Assembly: GCF_009914755.1 (NCBI RefSeq) | Contig: NC_060932.1 | Origin: the human T2T-CHM13v2.0 reference genome, Homo sapiens | Reading direction: 5' to 3' (one strand) | Length of the DNA stretch: 64,000 bases | Shown here: piece after piece, positions 56,922 to 64,000 of the stretch | How positions within the stretch are numbered: the first letter of the stretch is position 1 | How the letters are laid out: the number at the start of each line of letters is the position of its first letter | The notes under the pieces: model-generated | Database searches by the model: none | Told to the model about the DNA's origin: nothing | Seen by the model: only the letters and a program-made list of their open reading frames with translations | Made by a program: the position numbers and the translations under genes

Positions 56922-59900
56922 ATGTAAGTTCTTTAGTGGTGATTGGTGAGATTTTGGTGCGCCCATCACCCAAGCAGTATACACTGCATCATATTTGTGG
57001 TCTTTTAGCCCTCACCCCCCTCCCAACCTTCCCACCCAACCAAGTCCCCAAAGTCCATTGTATCATTCTTATGCTTTTCCATCCTCATAGCTTAGCTCCC
57101 ACTTATCAGTGAACACATACGATGTTTGGTTTTCCATTCCTGAGTTACTTCACTTAGAATAATAGTCTCCAGTCTCATCCAGGTTACTGCAAACGCCGTT
57201 AATTTGTTTCTTTTTATGGCTGATTAGTATTCCATCATATAAATATACACCACAATTTCTTTATCCACTCTTTGATTGTTGGGCATTTGGGTTGGTTCTA
57301 TGATTTTGCAATTGCGAATTCTGCTGCTATAAACATGCATGTGCAAGTATCTTTTTCATATAATGACTTCTTTTCCTCTGGGTGGATACCCAGAGTGGGA
57401 TTGCTGGATCAAATGGTAGTTCTACTATTAGTTCTTTAAAGAATCTTTACACTGTTTTCTATAGTGGTTGTACTAGTTTACATTCCCACCAGCAGTGTAG
57501 AAGTGTTCCCTATTCACTGCATCCACTCCACCATCTACTGTTTTTTGATTTTTTGATTATGGCCATTTTTGCAGAAGTAAGCTAGTATTGCATTATGGTT
57601 TTGATTTGCATTTGCCTGATCATTAGTGATGTTAAGCATTTTTTCATATGTTTCTTGGCCATTTGTATATCTTCATTTGAGTACTATCTATTCATGTAAT
57701 TAACCCACTTTTTGATGGGATGTTTGTGTTTTTCTTACTGATTTGATTGAGTTCATTGTAGATTCTGGATATTAGTCCTTTGTTAGATGTATAGATTGTG
57801 AAGATTTTCTCCCACTCTGTGGGTTGTCTGTTCACTCTCTTCTTTTTGCCATGCAAAAGCTCTTTAGTTTAATTAAGTCTCAACTATTTATCTTTGTTTT
57901 TATTGAATTTGCTTGCGGGTTCTTGGTCATGAAATCTAGGCCAATGTCTAGAAGCATTTTTCCAATGTTATCTTCTAGAATGTTTATAGTTTCAGGTCTC
58001 AGATTTAAGTCTTTAATCCTTCTTGAGTTGATTTATGTATAAGACGAGAGATGAGGATCCAGTTTCATTCTCCTACATGTGGCTTGCCAATTATCCCAGT
58101 ACTATTTGTTGAATAGGGTGTCCTTTTCCCACTTTATGTTTTTGTTTGCTTTGTCGAAGATCATTTGGCTGTTAAGTATTTGGGTTTATTTCTGGGTTCT
58201 CTTCTCTGTTCCATTGGTCTATGTGCCTATTTTTATACCAGTACCACACCGTTTTGGTGACTATGTCCTTGTAATATAGTGTGAAATCAGGTAGTGTGAT
58301 GCCTCCAGATTTGTTCTTTTTGCTTAGTCTTGTTTTGGCTATACGGGCTCTTTTTTGGTTCCATATGAATTTTAGAATTGTTTTTTCTAATTCTGTAAAG
58401 AATGATAGTGGTATTTTGATTGGGATTGCATTGAATTTGTAGATTGCTTTTGGCAGTGTGGTCATTTTCACAATATTGATTCTACCCATCCATGAACATG
58501 GCAAGTATTTCCATTTGTTTGTGTCATCTGTGATTTCTTTCAGCAGTGTTTTGTAGTTTTCCTTGTAGAGGTCTTTTGACTCCTTGGTTAGGTATATTCC
58601 TAAGTATTTTAAATTTTTTTGCAGCCATCGTAAAGTGGATTGCGTTTTTTATTTGATTCTTAGCTTGGTCACTGTTGGTGTGTAGCAGAACTACTGATTT
58701 GTGTACATTAATCTTGTACCCAGAAACTTTGCTGAATTCTTTTATCCATTCTAGGAGCTTTCTGGAGGAGTCTCTAGGGTTTTCAAGGAAAACAATCATA
58801 TTGTTAGTAAACAGTGACAGTTTTACTTCCTCTTTATCAATTTAGATGCCCTTTATTTCTTTTTCTTGTCTAGTTGCTCTGGCTAGGACTTCCAGTGCTA
58901 TGTGAAGAGGAGTGGTGAGAGTGGGCATCCTTGTTTTGTTCCAGTTTTCAGAGGGAATGCTTTCAACTTTTCCCCATTCAGTATTATGTTGGCTGTGGGT
59001 TTTTCATAGATGGCTTTTATTACATTGAGGGATGAGAGTTTTAACCATAAAAGGATGCTGGATTTTGTCAGATGCTTTTTCTGCATCTATTGAGGTTATC
59101 ATGTGATTTTTATTTTTAATTCTATTTATGTGGTATATCGCATTTATTGACTTGCATATGTTAAACCATCCCTGCATCCCTGGTATGAAACTTACTTGAT
59201 CATGGTGGGTTATCTTTTTGATATGTTGTTGGATTTGGTTAGCTAGTATTTTGTTAAGGATTTTAGCATCTATGTTTATCAAGGATATTGGTCTGTAGTT
59301 TTCTTTTTTGGTTATGTCCTTTCCTGGTTTTGGTATTAGGGTGATGCTGGCTGCATAGAATAAATTAGGGAGGGTTTCTTCTTTCTCTATCTTGTGGAAT
59401 AGCATCAAAAGATAGGTACCAATTCTTCTTTGAATGTCTGGTAGAATTCTGCTGTGAATCCATCTGGTCCTGGACATTTTTTTGTTGGTAATTTTTAAAT
59501 TACCATTTCAATCTCCCTGCTTGTTGTTGGTCTGTTCAGGGTATCTAATTCTTCCTGATTTAAGCCAAGAGGATTGTATTTTTTCAGGAATTTATCCATC
59601 TGTTCTAGGTTTTCTAGTTTATGTGCATAAAGGTGTTCACAGTAGCCTTAAATGATCTTTCGTATTTCAGTGGTGTCAGTTATAATACCTCCTGTTTCGT
59701 TTCTTAATGAGGTTATTTGGATTTTCTCTCTTCTTTTCTTGGTTAATTTTGCTAATGGTCTATCAGTTGTATTTATCTTTTCAAAGAACCAGCTTTTTGT
59801 TTCATTTATCTTTTGTATTATTTCTTTTTGTTTCAATTTCATTTAGTTCTGCTCTGATCTTGGTTATTTCCTTTCTTTTACTGGGTTTGGTTTTGGTTTG

Positions 59901-62900
59901 TTCTTGTTTCTCTAGTTCCTTGAGATGTGACCTTAGAATGTTAGTTTGTACTTTTTCAGTCTTTCTGATGTAGGCATTTAGGGCTATGAACTTTCCTCTT
60001 AGCACCACCTTTACTGTATCCCAGAGGTTTTGATAGGTTGTGTCATTATTGTCGTTCAGTTCAAAGAATTTTTAAATTTCCATCTTAATTTTGTTTTTGA
60101 CTCAATGCCCATTCCAGAGCAGCCTATTTAATTTCAATGTATTTGCAAGGTTTTGAAGATTCCTTTTTGAGTTGATTTCCACTTTTATTCCACTGTGGTC
60201 TGAGAGGTGCTTGATATAATTTCAATTTTCCTAAATTTATTGAGGCTCATTTTATGGCCTATTGTATGGCCTATGTTTTAGAAAGTCCCATGCACTCTTG
60301 AATAGAATGTGTGTATTCTACAGTTGTTGGATGAAATGTTCTGTATATATCTGTTAAGACCATTTGTTCCAAGGTAAACTTTAAATCCATTGTTTCTTTG
60401 TTGACTTTCTGTCTTGATGACCTGTCTAGTGCTGTCAGTGGAGTATTGAAGTTCCCCACTATTATTGTGTTGCTGTCTATCACATTTCTTAGGTCTATTA
60501 GTAATTGTTTTATAAATTTGGAAGCTCCAGTGTTAGGTGCATATATGTTTAGGATTGTGATATTTTCCTGTTGGACAAGGTATTTTACCATTATATAATG
60601 TCCCTCTTTGTCTCTTTTAACTGCTGTTACTTTAAAGTTTTTGTTTTGTCTGATATAAGAATAGTTATCCCTGTTCACTTTTGGTGTCCATTTGCATAAA
60701 ATGCCTTTTTCCACCCCTTTACTTTAAGTTTATGTGAGTCCTTACGTATTAGGTGAGTCTCCTGAAGGCAGCAGAGAGTTGATTGGTGAGTTCTTATCCA
60801 TTCTGCAGTTCTGTATCTTTTAAGCAAAGCATTTAGGCCATTTATATTCAATGTTTAGTATTGAGATGTGAGGTACCGTTGCATTCATCATGCTATTTGT
60901 TGCCTGCGTACCTTGGTTTTGTTTTTTGTTTTTTTTTCTTTTTAACTTATACTTTTGTTTTCTAGGTCCTGTGTGATTTATGCTTTAAAGAGGTTCTGTT
61001 TTGATGCGTTTCCAGGATTTGTTTCAAGATTTAGAGCTCCTTTTAGCAATTCTTATAGTGGTGGTTTGGTACTGGCAAACTCTCTCAGCATTTGTTTGTC
61101 TGAGAAAGATGGTATGTTTCCTTTATATATGATGCTTAGTTTCGCTGGATACAAAATTCTTGAATGATAATTGTTTTGTTTAAGGAGGCTGAAGATAGGA
61201 CCCCAATCCCTTCTAGTTTGTAGGGTTTCTGCTGAGAAATCTGCTGTTAATCTGATAGGTTTTCCTTTGTAGGTTACCTGGTGCTTCTGTCTCACATCTC
61301 TTAAGATTCTTTCCTTCATCTTAACTTTAGATAACTTGATGACAGTGTGCCTAGGTGATGATATTGTTGTGATGAACTTCCCAGGTGTTCTTTGTGCTTC
61401 TTGTATTTAGATGTCTAGTTCTCTAGCAAGGCCAGGGAAGTTTTCCTCGATTTTTCCCCCAAATATGTTTTCCATACTTTTAGATTTCTCTTCTTCCTCA
61501 GGAATACCGATTATTCTTAGGTTTGGTCATTTAATATAACCCCAGACTTCTTAGAGGCTTTGTTCATATTTTCTTATTCTTTATTATTTGTCATGGTTGG
61601 ATTGGTTTAATTTGAAGGCCTTGTCTTTGAACTTCAAATTTCTTTCTTCTACTTGTTCATTTCTATTGCTGAGACTTTCCAGAGCATTTTGCATTTCTGT
61701 GTGTCCAGTGTTTCCTGAATTTTTTATTATTTGTTTCTTTATGTATTTCCTTGAATATTTCTCCCTTCACTTTTTTTGGACTTCCTTGCATTGGGCTTTG
61801 CCTTTCTCTGGTGCCTCCCTGATTAGCTTAATAACTAACCTCCTGAACCCTTTTTCAGGTAAATCGGGGATTTCTTCTTGGTTTGGATCCATTGCTGGTG
61901 AACTAGTGTGATTTTTGGGGGTGTTTAAGAGCCTGTTTTGTCATATTACCAGAGTTGGTTTTCTGGTTCCCTTTCATTTGGGTAGGCGCTGTCAGAGGGA
62001 AGGTCTAGGGCTGAAGGCTGTTGTCCAGATTCTTTTGTCCCACAGGGAGTTCTCTTGATGTAGTACTCTCCACATTTCCCTGTAGATGTGGATTCCTGTG
62101 AGCCGAACTACACTGATTGTTGTCCCTCTTCTGGGTCTAGCCACCCAGCAAGTCCACCCAGCTCCAGTCTGGTACTGGGGGTTGTCTGCAGAGTCCTGTG
62201 ATGAAATGGACTCTGTCAGGGTTCTCAGCTTTGGTGGTTTAATGCTCTATTTTTGTGCGGGTTGGCCTTCTGCTGGGAGGTGGCACTTTCCAGGGAGCAT
62301 CAGCTGTGGTAGTATGGAGAGGAACCAATGGTGGGTGGGGCCCTAGAACTCCCAAGATTATATGCCCTTTGTCTTCAGCTACCAGGGTGAGTAGGGCAGG
62401 ACCATCAGGTGGGGGCAGGGCTAGGCATGTCCGAGCTCAGGCTCTCCTTCGATGGGTCTTGCTGTGGCTGCTGTGGGGGACGGAGATGAGGTTCCCAGGT
62501 CAAGAAGGATTGTGGCTGCCTCTTCTGCATCATGAAGGTTGTCAGAGAAGTGGGAAAAAACTGGCAGTCACAGGGCTTAACCAGCTCCCATGCAAACCAA
62601 AGGGCAGGTCTCACTCCCACCATGCCCCCGCTAACAGCCCCAAGTTGGTTTGCAGGCAGTGGGTGAGCCAGGCTTGAGAACTTGCCCCAGGCTACCTGTC
62701 TCCCAGCTGCGAAAGAAAAAGGTTTGGTTCTTCCCCAGCCTGTGGAGTCTGCACACTGGATTCCCGCTCTCCCTTGAATTTTGGCTAGGAGGCTTCTTGC
62801 CCCTTTCAAGTTGTTACAAAATTCAGCTGGAGATTTCCTTCTGCCTGTGGTATTTTTCCCCCGCTCCTCTGGCCACCCTCCTGATGGATCCCTGTGGTGC

Positions 62901-63311
62901 CAGGCAGGAATGGCCTGCTTGAAGACCCAGCGAGCTCCCGGGGCTTTTCCCACTGCTTCCTCTATCCCTGTATTTCACTCAGCTCTTGAAATTGACTCAG
63001 CTCCAGATAAGGTCGGAAACTTTTCTGCCACAAACAGACCTTCAGTTTCTCCAGTCGGGGGTGTGTGTTTGGGAGAGGAGGATCTCCCTTTCCCACTTCT
63101 GCAGTTGGGGCACTCAGTATTTGGGATGTCTCCTGGGTCCTGCAGGAGCACTCTGCCTCCTTCAGAGGGTCTGTGGGTCCTCTTGGGATTGCTGGTTCAT
63201 TCTTGCAGTTGATCTGGAGCTAAAATTCACCATGCGAGCCTCTGCACGCTGCTCTGTCTGTCCAAGTGGGAACTGCAGTCTAGTCCTGCCTCCCATTCCT
63301 CTGTGATGATC
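56922..63311 (-). mobile_element. Near full-length L1PB (~6.4 kb), ORFs disrupted
   Basis: 5' UTR end ...gcagtctagtcctgcctccc...gatc; ORF1 fragment (61053..61319), endonuclease (60271..60714), RT (59004..59477, [10 protein letters not shown]), L1PB-type 3' UTR; many stops and frameshifts. Confidence 0.92.
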
Positions 63312-63621
63312 AAATTTATGACTTTTAATCCATAGTCACATGTCAGAATAAGTGCATGGTATATGGTTTATTACATCAGTTGACATGTGAGTATGTAACA
63401 TTGAATTTGTCCACAGCACACCTCACTCACATTAATTTTAATTCTATGTTCAATAAAAATGTGTGAATTATATTAATGAATAAATCACTGCTAAATATTG
63501 CATACTTCAGTCCACTGCCTGTCAGTGTCTTAAAGTATTTGTTAATATGCACTGGTGAAAGTTGCTTTCACCCTCATAGGCTTGGACACTTACAAGCTAG
63601 ATGTGTTAGTTTAGGCAATTA

Positions 63622-63924
63622 CTTTTTTTTTAATACTTTAAGTTCTAGGGTACATGTGCACAACGTGCAGGTTTGTTACATATGTATACATGTGCCATGT
63701 TGGTGTGCTGCACCTATTAACTTGTCATTTACAGGAGGTGTATCTCCTAATGCTACCCCTCCCCCCACCCCACGACAGGCCCCAGTGTGTGATGTTCCCC
63801 TTCCTGTGCCTAAGTGTTCTCATTGTTCAATTCCCACCTATGAGTGAGAACATGCAGTGCTTGGTTTTTTATCCTTGCGATAGTTTGCTGAGAATGATGG
63901 TTTCCAGCTTCATCCATCTCCCCA
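63622..63924 (-). mobile_element. Short L1PA (PA4-6-like) 3' UTR fragment inserted in a MIR
   Basis: tactttaagttctagggtacatgtgcacaacgtgcagg; flanks rejoin as MIR core ggcaattac|ttaaactc...gtgaaatggagattaa. Confidence 0.85.
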
Positions 63925-64000
63925 CTTAAACTCCCAAGCTTCAGGTTCTTGTTTGTGAAATGGAGATTAAAAGATTTAGATAATAATTTATATCAAACAT

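Noticed and set aside
57382-61319. Reverse-transcriptase, endonuclease and ORF1-like ORFs (also 3671..4186, 37000..38078)
   Set aside because: Broken fragments of ordinary L1 elements; no intact ORF1/ORF2 and no novel RT system.

Overview
AT-rich, CpG-depleted primate genomic DNA (human or great ape, judged by AluY and a young L1PA2/L1HS-like insert). The window lies inside a long + strand gene that I recognise as RALYL (hnRNP C/RALY family RNA-binding protein). Two coding exons are present: a 76-nt exon at 24441-24516 ([26 protein letters not shown]) and a 33-nt frame-preserving micro-exon at 54630-54662 (RLESKEPFLSVG), joined in frame across a 30,113-nt GT-AG intron. The rest is intronic and largely interspersed repeats: 11 Alus, several L1s (one near full-length L1PB, two 5'-inverted twin-primed insertions), a two-LTR MSTA-type MaLR, solo LTRs (MST/MLT1, LTR1, MER57, MER67-like), L2, MIR and DNA transposons (MER47, MER58). 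No ORF in the supplied track looks like a real gene, and many are translations of repeats. I see no convincing new multi-gene system. The best leads are splicing-regulatory features around the RALYL exons, a possible LTR-driven RRM-less isoform, a possible ancient Gypsy gag/protease relic and a tandem double palindrome inside an L1. Repeat subfamilies are called from memory of consensus sequences. Their boundaries are approximate unless a target-site duplication (TSD) is given.
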